From positions 29,237 to 93,236 of the forward strand of contig VGKG01000001.1 of NCBI GenBank assembly GCA_016867115.1: DNA of 64,000 bases, given 5' to 3'. The number at the start of each line of letters is the position of its first letter. Position 1 is the first letter of the stretch. Positions 28,898 to 40,440 of the stretch are shown one piece after another. Source of the stretch: Candidatus Omnitrophota bacterium (lineage in GTDB: Bacteria > Omnitrophota > Gorgyraeia > Gygaellales > Profunditerraquicolaceae). The position numbers and the translations under genes were made by a program. Below the pieces are notes generated by a model. That model had not been told where the DNA came from. It saw only the letters and a list, made by a program, of their open reading frames with translations, and made no database searches.

Positions 28898-30168
28898 CTC
28901 TTTTTGATCAGCCTCCTGATCAATGCCAGCTCCACCTCGCGGTTAGGCGCTTCTCCGTCGAGTTTCGCATTCAGCACACGGGTGAATATCTTCTGGTAAT
29001 ACGGTCCCGGCGCAAGGCCTAATCTGCGCAGGTCATCCCCGGTGATCAGGATGCGCATCCCGTTATAAATCTCAAAAAAGTCTTCGATGTGCTTCTGGAC
29101 AGAGGCATTCCTGTATTCGGCCTTGATCAGAAGGATCTCTTCGTAACTAAGCGGCTCAAGCAGGGCGAATATCTTCGACGGCCGGGTATCCGGCCGGCTT
29201 AAGGAAGCGATAAGCTTGCCGGTATGTTTCTTTGCGTTAAGTATCCTCTTCTCTTCGCCCCGGCGCAGCGCAAGCCTGCGGCAGACGACCCTGGTGAACC
29301 TCGGGCTTAAACAATCCAGGAGCCCCATGAAATAAATGACCCAGGCGTCGAGGGGGCGGCGGTAGAAATGCGAATTTTCAAACCAGCTGACCTCTTCTTC
29401 TATCCGCCCTAAGAGCTTGTAATTCCTGGCGTAGACACATAGGCGCGGATGAAGAAAAGAAAGACCAGCCAGTTCTTTAAGCCGCTTAATCTCTTTAAGC
29501 GGCTCTTTTTCTTTCAGCATCAAAATAAGATCATCCCGGACGCGCTGCGGCTCTACCCGCTCCAGGTACTTGCCTTTTACCGCCTCTTTCAGGAGTTTAA
29601 GGGTCTTTGGCTCGATATGAAAATCATACCTTTTTTCAAACCGGATCGCCCTTAAGATGCGGGTGGGGTCGTCGATAAAACTCAGGTCATGCAGGACGCG
29701 GATCTTTTTCTTGCGCAGGTCATCTCTGCCGGAGAAAAAATCCACTAACTTCCCGAAGTTCTCGCTTGAGAGGCTGATCGCCATGGCGTTGATGGTGAAA
29801 TCCCTGCGGAAGAGGTCATCCTTGAGGCTGCCCGGCGCGACTACGGGCAGGTGCGCGGGTTTGGGATAATACTCTTTTCTGGCAGTGGAAAAGTCTACTT
29901 TCAGGTGCGATTCTAGAATGACGGTGGCTGTGCCGAACCTTCTGTGACGGATGAGTTTTGCGTTCAGGGCATGGGCAAAATCTTCGGCGACCTTTATGCC
30001 GCTGCCCTCAACCACGATATCCAGGTCCAGGTTCTTTACTCCCAGGATCAGATCGCGCACAAAACCTCCGACGAGGTATACGGGCATGTCGTTACTGGAG
30101 GCGATATCGCGCGCCAGATACACCAGATCCAATATCTCCTTGGGTAACTTCTCTAAATAATCTTTCAT
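28894..30168 (-). CDS. Class II tRNA nucleotidyltransferase (possibly A-adding type)
   Basis: VGGFVRD, DLD, RRDFTINAMA, DDPTRILRA.RF. Confidence 0.88.
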   Translation of the reverse strand: MKDYLEKLPKEILDLVYLARDIASSNDMPVYLVGGFVRDLILGVKNLDLDIVVEGSGIKVAEDFAHALNAKLIRHRRFGTATVILESHLKVDFSTARKEYYPKPAHLPVVAPGSLKDDLFRRDFTINAMAISLSSENFGKLVDFFSGRDDLRKKKIRVLHDLSFIDDPTRILRAIRFEKRYDFHIEPKTLKLLKEAVKGKYLERVEPQRVRDDLILMLKEKEPLKEIKRLKELAGLSFLHPRLCVYARNYKLLGRIEEEVSWFENSHFYRRPLDAWVIYFMGLLDCLSPRFTRVVCRRLALRRGEEKRILNAKKHTGKLIASLSRPDTRPSKIFALLEPLSYEEILLIKAEYRNASVQKHIEDFFEIYNGMRILITGDDLRRLGLAPGPYYQKIFTRVLNAKLDGEAPNREVELALIRRLIKKR

Positions 30169-30221
30169 TACACCTTTCTACTTCCCGCAGTGTGCAGTAT
30201 ACGGTATAGAGCCTACTGCAT

Positions 30222-31109
30222 TTACGGACGGGGATGAAACTGCTTATGGATGCTTTTCAGCCGGTCCTTGTTTACATGCGTATAAAGCTGGGTCGTAGAG
30301 ATATTGGAGTGCCCCAGCATCTCCTGCACCGAACGCAGGTCCGCCCCCCGCTCTAATAGGTGCGTGGCAAAAGAGTGCCGCAGGATGTGCGGCCGCATGG
30401 GCTTGGCGATCTTCGCCTTTCTGGCATAACCCTTCACCATCTTCCACATGGAGATACGCGAAAGCTTCCTGCCGAAGCGGTTAACGAAAAGGTATTCGCA
30501 TATCCTAGCCTTGACCAGCTTCGGCCGCGACGCTTCCAGGTAACGATTAATGCTTGAGATCGCCTTTTTTCCAAGCGGGATCACGCGCTCTTTATTGCCT
30601 TTTCCGATGGCGCGCAAAAAACCGATATCCAGGTTTACGCTGTCAGTCTTAAGGTTCACTGCTTCGGAAACGCGCATTCCCGTAGCATACAGGGTTTCGA
30701 GTATTGCCTTATCCCTTATACCCTGGATGCTGCGGATATCGGGCTGGGCGATCAGGGCCTCCACTTCATTCAGGGAGAGCGTATCCGGGATCTTCTTCCA
30801 GAGCTTAGGCGAATCTACCAGATTGCTGGGATCGGCTTTAGTGATCCTCTCCCGGGCAAGGAAACGGTGGAACATGCGGATCGCAGCCAACCGCCGGGAG
30901 ATGGAATTCGCAGAAATACCCTTGTCTTTCTGGAACATCATAAAACCGGTGATCTCGGCCTTAGTGATCCTGGATACGGCATCCACATGATGCTGAATAA
31001 GATACTCTGTATAAGCATCCAGGTCCCTGCGGTATGAGAGAATAGTATTCTGCGCCAGCCCGCGTTCCACAGAAAGATAATCCAGAAAAGAATCGATGAA
31101 CTCCTTCAC
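30222..31109 (-). CDS. xerD: Site-specific tyrosine recombinase XerD
   Basis: VERGLA.NT..Y, LYATGMRVSE, GKGNKER, HILRHSFATH, LGHSNISTTQLYTHV. Confidence 0.92.
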   Translation of the reverse strand: MKEFIDSFLDYLSVERGLAQNTILSYRRDLDAYTEYLIQHHVDAVSRITKAEITGFMMFQKDKGISANSISRRLAAIRMFHRFLARERITKADPSNLVDSPKLWKKIPDTLSLNEVEALIAQPDIRSIQGIRDKAILETLYATGMRVSEAVNLKTDSVNLDIGFLRAIGKGNKERVIPLGKKAISSINRYLEASRPKLVKARICEYLFVNRFGRKLSRISMWKMVKGYARKAKIAKPMRPHILRHSFATHLLERGADLRSVQEMLGHSNISTTQLYTHVNKDRLKSIHKQFHPRP

Positions 31110-31725
31110 GATATTAAAAATGGGTTGTGCTTCCTCTCCTCTCCGATAGTCGATGCCGGCCCGTGCCCGGGATAAATCACTGTGTCATCGCTAAGGCTGA
31201 GCAGCTTCTCTTTGATAGTGCGGATCAAGAGCGTTTCATCCCCGCCTTCAAGGTCCGTGCGGCCGATCCCGCCGCAAAAGAGATTGTCGCCTGTGAATAC
31301 TATCCTTTCCTCCGGCTCGACCACTTTAAGCGCAATGCCTCCGCGGGTATGCCCGGGTATATGCAGGACTTTCAGTTTTAATCCTTCAAGGCCGATGACA
31401 TCACCGTCTTCAAGCGGGATTATCTTTGACTTCACCCTGTAAGGCAGGCCGAACATGCCCGAAAGGTTAAGCGCGCTATCCTCCAATAACGGGACATCCG
31501 CCCGGTGCGCATAGACCGGAGAGCCGAATTTATCGTCGGCGCCGATGTGGTCGTAGTGGCCGTGCGTATTCACCACCAAAATCGGCTTTAACTTGTGCCT
31601 GCTTAAGGCATGCATGATCTTACGGGGTTCTGCCCCGGGATCGATAATGACCGCCTCTGAAGCCTCTCTCAAGGCCAGGCAATAACAATTGACTTCCAGC
31701 GATCCCACGCTGACATGCTCTATGA

Positions 31726-31729
<4 letters not shown>
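31106..31729 (-). CDS. MBL-fold metallo-hydrolase (glyoxalase II-like)
   Basis: THGHYDH, PGHT, GD.LF, PGHG. Confidence 0.92.
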
Positions 31730-34229
<2,500 letters not shown>

Positions 34230-34958
34230 TTATTTTCCCGCTAAAAGCCGGTTGCCCAGGTATTCGGGAAGCCCTGCCCGGATGATCTTTTCCCTGGCTG
34301 CCTCGGCGTCATATTCTACGCGCTTAACCTGGATCTGTCTCTTTGCCGTATCGTATACGCAATACGCTGCCCGCGGGTCACCGTCCCGGGGCTGGCCCAC
34401 GCTGCCGACATTCACGATATAGCTGTGTTTGGGCCTGACCTCGACAGAGAGCTCTTCCGGATAGTGTATCTGGCTATGTTTGTCCCGGATAAAGATGCCG
34501 GGGACATGCGAATGGCCGACAAAACAGACCGCCGCCTGCATCAGCTTAAAGGTCTCTTCAGCGGTGAGGCTATCCAGCATATAATCGAAATCCTGGGGGT
34601 TATCGAGCGTGCCGTGCACCAGGGTGAGATCCTCGTTTTCGTAGACGAATTTCAGGCTCTCCAGAAAAGACTTCTCCCGCGGATTGAGCCTCTCTTTGGT
34701 CCACAGCAGAGCCTGGCGGGCAAAAGAGTTGAAATAGTCGCTTGAGAACTGGTCTACCGCTGCCCAGTCGTGGTTACCGGCTACGATGACACTGGCAATT
34801 TGCCCGGTCTTTTCAATGCACTCATGGAGATCGCTGCCGTAGCCGACGATGTCTCCCCCGCAGAAATACGTATCGATCCCTTCCCGGCCGTAGGCCTTGA
34901 TCACCGCTTCAAGGGCTTCAAGATTAGAATGGATATCGGAGAAGATGCCGTAGCGCAC
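34230..34958 (-). CDS. Calcineurin-like metallophosphoesterase
   Basis: DIHSN, GDIVG, GNHD, GHSH, NVGSVGQPRD. Confidence 0.92.
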   Translation of the reverse strand: MRYGIFSDIHSNLEALEAVIKAYGREGIDTYFCGGDIVGYGSDLHECIEKTGQIASVIVAGNHDWAAVDQFSSDYFNSFARQALLWTKERLNPREKSFLESLKFVYENEDLTLVHGTLDNPQDFDYMLDSLTAEETFKLMQAAVCFVGHSHVPGIFIRDKHSQIHYPEELSVEVRPKHSYIVNVGSVGQPRDGDPRAAYCVYDTAKRQIQVKRVEYDAEAAREKIIRAGLPEYLGNRLLAGK

Positions 34959-35233
34959 TAGTATCCTATCCCGAAATCCTTGAACTCATCGCTGGCCTCG
35001 AGCCATTCGATGTCAGCGTCACGGATATAGCGGGAAAAATACTGGTTGATCCGGGTGAGAAAATCTTTTAGGGTTTCTTCGTCTGCTTCAGCAATGAGCT
35101 CAACGCGGCCGTCGCGCAAGTTCCTTACCCGGCCGTTCACGCCAAGGTCATCTGCGACATCGACCGCAGTAAACCTGAAACCTACTCCTTGGACATTGCC
35201 CGAGAAAAAAGCATGCAGGCGCTTCTTAGCCAT
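34958..35233 (-). CDS. acyP: Acylphosphatase
   Basis: VQGVGFR, G.VRNL.DGRVE. Confidence 0.93.
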   Translation of the reverse strand: MAKKRLHAFFSGNVQGVGFRFTAVDVADDLGVNGRVRNLRDGRVELIAEADEETLKDFLTRINQYFSRYIRDADIEWLEASDEFKDFGIGY

Positions 35234-35242
35234 TTACTGATT

Positions 35243-35332
35243 TGGTCGGGGCGGACAGACTTGTCCCGCCAAGCGAATCAAATCTAGGGCGGGATCCCGC
35301 CCTCGCGTAATATTGCTTGGCGGGAAACCGTC
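35243..35332 (-). pseudogene. Duplicated tRNA-Pro 3' end (T-arm, acceptor strand, CCA) interrupted by a 62-nt palindrome
   Basis: Minus strand GACGGTT[insert]CAAGTCTGTCCGCCCCGACCA versus CACGGTTCAAGTCCGTGCGCCCCGA in the intact tRNA. Confidence 0.75.
35264..35325 (-). repeat. Palindromic repeat family 2, copy a
   Basis: TCCCGCCAAGC..CGAGGGCGGGATCCCGCCC..GCTTGGCGGGA (11-bp terminal inverted repeat); homologous to 54129-54189. Confidence 0.8.
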
Positions 35333-35349
35333 TATACCTAGATATCAAG

Positions 35350-35424
35350 TCGGGGCGCACGGACTTGAACCGTGGACCTCAGCGTCCCGAACGCTGCGCT
35401 CTAGCCAAACTGAGCCACGCCCCG
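35350..35424 (-). tRNA. tRNA-Pro(CGG), CCA not encoded
   Basis: CGGGGCGTGGCTCAGTTTGGCTAGAGCGCAGCGTTCGGGACGCTGAGGTCCACGGTTCAAGTCCGTGCGCCCCGA folds as a cloverleaf; anticodon CGG at 35389-35387. Confidence 0.96.
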
Positions 35425-35445
35425 ATAGATTTTTTATAACACATT

Positions 35446-35474
35446 AGTATAACAGAAATTATGAAAGTTGGCAA
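35446..35474 (-). promoter_or_regulatory. tRNA-Pro promoter
   Basis: TTGCCA-17 nt-TATACT with TGn extended -10. Confidence 0.7.
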
Positions 35475-35489
35475 ATATTTCAGGCGGGT

Positions 35490-36059
35490 TTAAGTTCTTT
35501 TGGCCAGGATGTCGAACTCGATATTGACCTTGTCTGAAGGGCCTTTGAATCCGAGTGTAGTGTTCTTGAGGGTGTGGGGAATAATGTAGGCGCTGAAGGT
35601 AGTGGCAGTCTTACGGGCAACGGTCAGGCTGATGCCGTCTACTGCGACCGAACCTTTTGGCAGGATATATTTCATAAAAGAGGCCGGCACGCTTATCTCA
35701 AAACCAAGGTTCCCTGCGGCGTAACCCTTCCTGCGGATAATTCCGGTGCAGTCGACGTGGCCGGTGACAAAATGCCCGGAGACCCTGTCGCCTAACTTTA
35801 GGCTGCGCTCAAGATTCACCTTATCGCAAGCCTTAAGGCTCCCTAAGTTCGTCAGCTTCAGAGTTTCAGGCATTGCTTCAAAAACAAGGGCTCCCCATGT
35901 TTTCTTAACCGCCGTAAGGCAGGCGCCGTTGACGCTGATGCTGTCTCCGATCTTGGTCTCTCTAAGAACCGTTTCGCCGGCGATCTCTAAAAGCGTATTC
36001 CCGCCGCGACGGGATATGCTTTTAACCTGGCCTAATTCTTCAATTATTCCGGTAAACAT
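35490..36059 (-). CDS. ribE: Riboflavin synthase
   Basis: MFTGIIEE N-terminus, NGACLT, VNLER, GHVD, GISLT. Confidence 0.96.
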   Translation of the reverse strand: MFTGIIEELGQVKSISRRGGNTLLEIAGETVLRETKIGDSISVNGACLTAVKKTWGALVFEAMPETLKLTNLGSLKACDKVNLERSLKLGDRVSGHFVTGHVDCTGIIRRKGYAAGNLGFEISVPASFMKYILPKGSVAVDGISLTVARKTATTFSAYIIPHTLKNTTLGFKGPSDKVNIEFDILAKRT

Positions 36060-37160
36060 CTATTTCGGGTATCCTTCTATGAGCAGGTCCTCGCCAAGGC
36101 GGCGCAATTTTATATCTTTCAGCCTGATCGCGCTGTCAATGCGCGTAATGCCCCTGCCCATCACCGAGCCGATCGCCTCCTTTCCTCCGATGATCTTTGG
36201 GCTGATGAAGAACATCGCCTTATCTACCAGCCCTTCGTCAAAGAATGAACCGATCAGGGTCCCTCCGCCTTCCACAAGGATATTGGCAATCTCAAGCTGG
36301 GCTAATCTTTTAAGCATGTCGCGCAGGTTTATCTGGCCTGACTTTTCCTTCACCTCAAGGATCCTGGCCTTGGCTGCCAGGACCTTCCTATTCTCTGTCT
36401 CCTGTCCCGGCCGGGTAGGCAGAGTAACCAGGATCACATTAGGATTGCCGCCGAATAGGGAGGCGTCCTCCGGCGTGCTTAGCTGGGTATCCACGATGAC
36501 TTTTATCGGATGCCGCCTGGAATACCATGCATCTAGGCGCGGATTATCCCTGAGGACCGTATTCACCCCGACCATCACCGCGTCAAAGTCGCCGCGCATG
36601 CGGTGGGCGAAACTGCGGGACTTATCCGAAGTGATCCACTTGGAATCGCCGGTCCGGGTGGCGATCCTGCCGTCAAGGGATTCGGCGACCTTTACCGTAA
36701 CAAACGGGATCCTCTGGCTGATATATTTAATAAAGACTTCGTTCGCCTTTCTTAAATCCTTCTCCAGGAACCCCACCCTCACCTTTATTTTATTCTGCCG
36801 CAGGATCGACACTCCTTTTCCGTTGTTCAGAGGATTGGGGTCGATCATGCCTATGAAGACCTCCTTTATACCGCTTGCGATGATCCGGTTTACACAGGGC
36901 GGGGTGCGGCCAAAGTGCACGCAGGGCTCTAAGGTCACGTAAAGCTGGGCCCCGCGGCTGGACTTGCCCGCTTTGTCGAGGGCAATGACTTCGGCATGCG
37001 GCGAGCCTGCCTTCTCATGAAAACCCCTGGCTATCACGCGGCCGTTCTTTACCACCAGTGCGCCGACCATGGGATTAGGCAGAGTCCTGCCCCTGGCTTT
37101 AAGCGCGAGCTTCAAAGCCTGCGACATGAATTTTTCGTGGATATCCTTATATTTTTTCAT
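36060..37160 (-). CDS. ribD: Bifunctional pyrimidine deaminase/reductase
   Basis: PNPMVG, HAE, LEPC.H.GRTPPC, SLDG, EGGG. Confidence 0.96.
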   Translation of the reverse strand: MKKYKDIHEKFMSQALKLALKARGRTLPNPMVGALVVKNGRVIARGFHEKAGSPHAEVIALDKAGKSSRGAQLYVTLEPCVHFGRTPPCVNRIIASGIKEVFIGMIDPNPLNNGKGVSILRQNKIKVRVGFLEKDLRKANEVFIKYISQRIPFVTVKVAESLDGRIATRTGDSKWITSDKSRSFAHRMRGDFDAVMVGVNTVLRDNPRLDAWYSRRHPIKVIVDTQLSTPEDASLFGGNPNVILVTLPTRPGQETENRKVLAAKARILEVKEKSGQINLRDMLKRLAQLEIANILVEGGGTLIGSFFDEGLVDKAMFFISPKIIGGKEAIGSVMGRGITRIDSAIRLKDIKLRRLGEDLLIEGYPK

Positions 37161-37163
37161 ATC

Positions 37164-37991
37164 TTATCTCTCAATTGCGGCTTTTGCTTCTTTGAGTTTC
37201 TCTACTAATTCATAAGGTATCTTCATCGAGCCGATGCGCACTGCCGGCTTTGCTTCACCGTGGCAATCCGAGCCGCCGGTAACCAGCAGGTTATATTTCT
37301 TCACCAGGCTCAGGTACACATTGATCATGGACTGGGTGTGTTCCGGATAATAGACCTCTAAGCCCATTATCCCGTAGTCGATAAAACGGATAACCAGCTC
37401 GTCGTTATTCAGGCTGTAGGGGTGGGCCAGGACCGGCACTGCGCCGATATCCCGGATCAATCCGATCGCCTCTTCGGCGCTGAATTTAAAACCTAAGACA
37501 TAGCCGGGGCACTTATCGCCGATGTATTTATGGAAGGCCTCGTAAACAGAGTTGATTATCCCTTCCCGGACCATTGCCCGCGCCACATGAAGCCTGCCTA
37601 CCGAACCGCCGCCTGCGATAGCGAATATCGTCTCGGGGTTTAATACGATGCCTATTCTCTTAAGCCTCTCCACGATTTTATAGATACGTTCCCGGCGCTT
37701 GATCTTCAGGTCGCCAAGCCTGCTCAATAACTCTCTATTGCGGTAATCAATGAGGTAACCCAGGATGTGGACTTCCTGCTCCTGGTATTCCGCGGAGAGC
37801 TCGATGCCGGCTAAGACCTCCAGGCCTTCTCCTGATGCTGCCTTTATCACCGGCTCAATGCCGTCAACAGTATCGTGATCAACCACGGCGATCGCAGAGA
37901 GGCCGGCCTTTACACTTGCTGAAACCAGCTGCTCGGGCGAGTATGTGCCGTCGGAAAAAGAGGTGTGCAGATGAAGGTCGGCGTATTTCAT
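37164..37991 (-). CDS. PHP-domain phosphoesterase
   Basis: DLHLHT.SDG, DHD, HILGY, LAHP, GGSDCHG. Confidence 0.92.
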   Translation of the reverse strand: MKYADLHLHTSFSDGTYSPEQLVSASVKAGLSAIAVVDHDTVDGIEPVIKAASGEGLEVLAGIELSAEYQEQEVHILGYLIDYRNRELLSRLGDLKIKRRERIYKIVERLKRIGIVLNPETIFAIAGGGSVGRLHVARAMVREGIINSVYEAFHKYIGDKCPGYVLGFKFSAEEAIGLIRDIGAVPVLAHPYSLNNDELVIRFIDYGIMGLEVYYPEHTQSMINVYLSLVKKYNLLVTGGSDCHGEAKPAVRIGSMKIPYELVEKLKEAKAAIER

Positions 37992-38404
37992 GCGCCCTTT
38001 TCTATTTTTATTTTATCGAGGATGGCGTTGACGAACTTTCCGGATTCGACACCGGAATACTTCTTGGCAAGTTCAACCGCTTCATTGATGGCTACCTTCG
38101 GAGGGATATCCTGCCGGAAGAGAAGCTCAAAAGCGCCGAGGCGCAATACATTCCTATCCACCACCGCCATGCGCTCAAGCTGCCAGTTGGTGGCAAACTG
38201 CGAGATCTTTACGTCAATGGCTCTCAGGTTCTCCGCTACTCCCGTGACCAGCTGCGAGGTGAACTCTTTCATCGCCTCGTCATGATGCTCTTCTTTATTC
38301 GTCTCCCAGAAGTTCTTAAGCGAGTCCGCAGGAGGATCGTGAGTGATGTCCATCTGATAGAGGATCTGCAGGGCGAACTCCCTGGCCTTTGTACGTTTAC
38401 GCAC
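37988..38404 (-). CDS. nusB: Transcription antitermination factor NusB
   Basis: RTKARE.ALQ.LY, DR..LR, INEAVELAK, FVNAILD. Confidence 0.95.
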   Translation of the reverse strand: MRKRTKAREFALQILYQMDITHDPPADSLKNFWETNKEEHHDEAMKEFTSQLVTGVAENLRAIDVKISQFATNWQLERMAVVDRNVLRLGAFELLFRQDIPPKVAINEAVELAKKYSGVESGKFVNAILDKIKIEKGA

Positions 38405-38405
38405 G

Positions 38406-38873
38406 TTATTTTATCTGGCTCATAAGATTGACCATCTCAATGGCTGAGACTGCCGCATCCCTACCCTTGTTGCCGTCCTTGGTCCCTGCGCGCTCGACCG
38501 CCTGTTCGATGGTGTCGGCAGTGATTACTCCAAAGATCACCGGCTTCGCAGAATCCAGAGACACCTTAGCTACGCCTTTGGCCGCCTCTGAAGCGATAAA
38601 ATCAAAATGCGGGGTGGAACCGCGGATGATCGTCCCGAGGCAGATCACCGCATCGTAATCCTTGGATTTCGCAAGATTCTGCGCCGCAAGCGGCATCTCA
38701 AACGCTCCGGGGACCCAGACTACTGCCTGATCCGTCTCCTGAGCGCCGTGACGTACCAGGGTATCAATGCATCCTGAAACAAGCTCCTTGGTCAGAAAAT
38801 CATTGAAGCGTGACGCTACGATCGCGAATCTCTTTCCCTTCACAATTAATCCCCCTTCAATTGTCTTTACCAT
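38406..38873 (-). CDS. ribH: Lumazine synthase
   Basis: RFN, VPGAFE, IRGSTPH, PVIFGV. Confidence 0.96.
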   Translation of the reverse strand: MVKTIEGGLIVKGKRFAIVASRFNDFLTKELVSGCIDTLVRHGAQETDQAVVWVPGAFEMPLAAQNLAKSKDYDAVICLGTIIRGSTPHFDFIASEAAKGVAKVSLDSAKPVIFGVITADTIEQAVERAGTKDGNKGRDAAVSAIEMVNLMSQIK

Positions 38874-38889
38874 CTTCCTACCTCCTTTA

Positions 38890-38975
38890 AATGAGCAGAC
38901 AACTTATGGAGCGCACAAAGTAAGCGGACATAAGTTGTAGCTGCCTAGTTTAATTACTGTCAGCGTCTGCGAATT
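38890..38975 (+). repeat. Structured repeat family 1, module A, copy 2
   Basis: AATGAGCAG-ACAACTTATG..CATAAGTTGT-A-GCTG..CAGC-GT-CTGC-GAATT. Confidence 0.85.
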
Positions 38976-38979
38976 TACC

Positions 38980-39029
38980 CCGAGCCTGCGATGAAAATTC
39001 TGCAAGAATTTTCGAGCGTTTAGGCGAGG
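38980..39029 (+). repeat. Structured repeat family 1, module B, copy 2
   Basis: CCGAGCCTGCGATGAAAATTC-TGCAA-GAATTTTCGAGCGTTTAGGCGAGG. Confidence 0.8.
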
Positions 39030-39047
39030 GGCTATCTTCTGCTCAAT

Positions 39048-40253
39048 TTATTCAATATTCAACTCGTGCCCCAACTTCTCTTTCTTCGTCTTCAGATACC
39101 TGTAATTCACCGGATTCGGCTCTGATTCAAGCGCCAGGCGCTCCACTACGCGCAGGCCGTAACCCTCGAGTCCGACGATCTTTCTGGGATTATTGGTCAA
39201 GAGCCGGATATTCTTTACCCCTAAATCCACAAGGATCTGCGCACCGATGCCGTAATCGCGCAGGTCCGCTTTATGGCCCAGGGCCTCATTAGCCTGGACC
39301 GTATCCAGGCCTTTATCCTGCAGGGAATAGGCCCGGATCTTCTCCACTAATCCTATGCCGCGGCCCTCCTGGTTCATGTACAGGATCACGCCTTTCTTCT
39401 CGTTGCCGATGATCTGCATCGCCTTCTCAAGCTGCCGGCCGCAGTCGCAGCGCAGCGACCCGAAAACATCTCCGGTAAGGCACTCCGAATGCACGCGCAC
39501 TATCGCGGTCTGATCCCTGAACTCTCCCATGACCAGGGCAGTATGCACTTTATTATCGGTCAGGTCGCGGTAAAGGACCAGCCTGAAATCGCCGTATTCC
39601 GTGGGCAGCGTAGTCTCGGCAGCGCGCTCGATCAATTTTTCCGAGCGGCGGCGGAACTCAATGAGGTCGGCGATAGAACAGATCTTCAGATTGTGTTTAC
39701 GGGAGAATTCCAGTAATTGCGCAAGCCGCGCCATGGAGCCGTCTTCATTCATGATCTCGCAGATCACTCCTGCAGGATAAAGCCCGGCTAAACGCATCAG
39801 GTCTACCGAAGCTTCGGTATGGCCTGCCCTGACCAGGCAACCGCCTTTACGCGCGCGTAAGGGAAAGACATGCCCCGGCCGGATCAGGTCTTCTACGCTA
39901 CTCTGAGGATTTATCAGGACTTCTATCGTGCGGCTGCGGTCATGTGCGGAGATACCGGTGGTTATGCCGCGCGAGGCATCTACCGAGATCATCCAGGCAG
40001 TGGCAAAAGGGTCCTGCTTGGCGTTCGCCTCTTTTAGCATAGGTTCAAGGCCAAGCCGACGCAGCCGCTCTTCTTCCATGGGCACGCAAATGAGCCCGCG
40101 GCCGTATTTGGCCATGAAATTAATACTCTCAGGCCGGGCGAAAGAGGCAGCCATGATCAGATCGCCTTCGTTCTCACGGTCCTCATCATCTACGACCACG
40201 ACCATTTTACCGGTTTTGAGATCTTCTAGAATATCTGGGATGGAATTGAACAT
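39048..40253 (-). CDS. ribBA: Bifunctional DHBP synthase/GTP cyclohydrolase II
   Basis: DREnEGD, GHTE, RVHSECLTGD..SLRCDC, QEGRG, TNNP. Confidence 0.97.
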   Translation of the reverse strand: MFNSIPDILEDLKTGKMVVVVDDEDRENEGDLIMAASFARPESINFMAKYGRGLICVPMEEERLRRLGLEPMLKEANAKQDPFATAWMISVDASRGITTGISAHDRSRTIEVLINPQSSVEDLIRPGHVFPLRARKGGCLVRAGHTEASVDLMRLAGLYPAGVICEIMNEDGSMARLAQLLEFSRKHNLKICSIADLIEFRRRSEKLIERAAETTLPTEYGDFRLVLYRDLTDNKVHTALVMGEFRDQTAIVRVHSECLTGDVFGSLRCDCGRQLEKAMQIIGNEKKGVILYMNQEGRGIGLVEKIRAYSLQDKGLDTVQANEALGHKADLRDYGIGAQILVDLGVKNIRLLTNNPRKIVGLEGYGLRVVERLALESEPNPVNYRYLKTKKEKLGHELNIE

Positions 40254-40323
40254 GGATTGTTTGTATGCTTAGCTCCTGCTGATTTGCTCGTCAAACACAC
40301 TCGCAAATCAAAACGCAGGAGTT

Positions 40324-40403
40324 AATTCGCGGGCGCCCTCGTTTCACTCGGGCTACACTTTACGTTCACTCACTTAGTTCGTTCCGTAAAGTGTCCGCTC
40401 ATT
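40324..40403 (-). repeat. Structured repeat family 1, module A, copy 3
   Basis: Minus strand AATGAGCGG-ACACTTTAC..GTAAAGTGT-A-GCCC..GGGC-GC-CCGC-GAATT, followed by a GA-mismatch hairpin (40269-40323). Confidence 0.8.
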
Positions 40404-40428
40404 AAAAAGCCCGAAGATGATCTTCGGG
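40404..40428 (-). terminator. Intrinsic terminator forming the FMN riboswitch expression platform
   Basis: CCCGAAGAT-C-ATCTTCGGG followed by CTTTTT; its 5' arm is complementary to the aptamer 5' strand ATCTTCGGG, giving an antiterminator. Confidence 0.8.
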
Positions 40429-40440
40429 TAAGGGGTGATC

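Noticed and set aside
30222-31109. Tyrosine recombinase as the integrase of an island at tRNA-Pro
   Set aside because: Has XerD signatures and sits in a housekeeping operon about 4 kb from the tRNA; no cargo lies between the tRNA repeats
35746-36942. 398-aa plus-strand ORF
   Set aside because: Antisense shadow of ribD/ribE with no recognisable motifs
38892-39045. TGAGCAGA/TCTGCTCA as terminal inverted repeats of a MITE
   Set aside because: Only 8 bp and not present at the equivalent ends of copies 1 or 3
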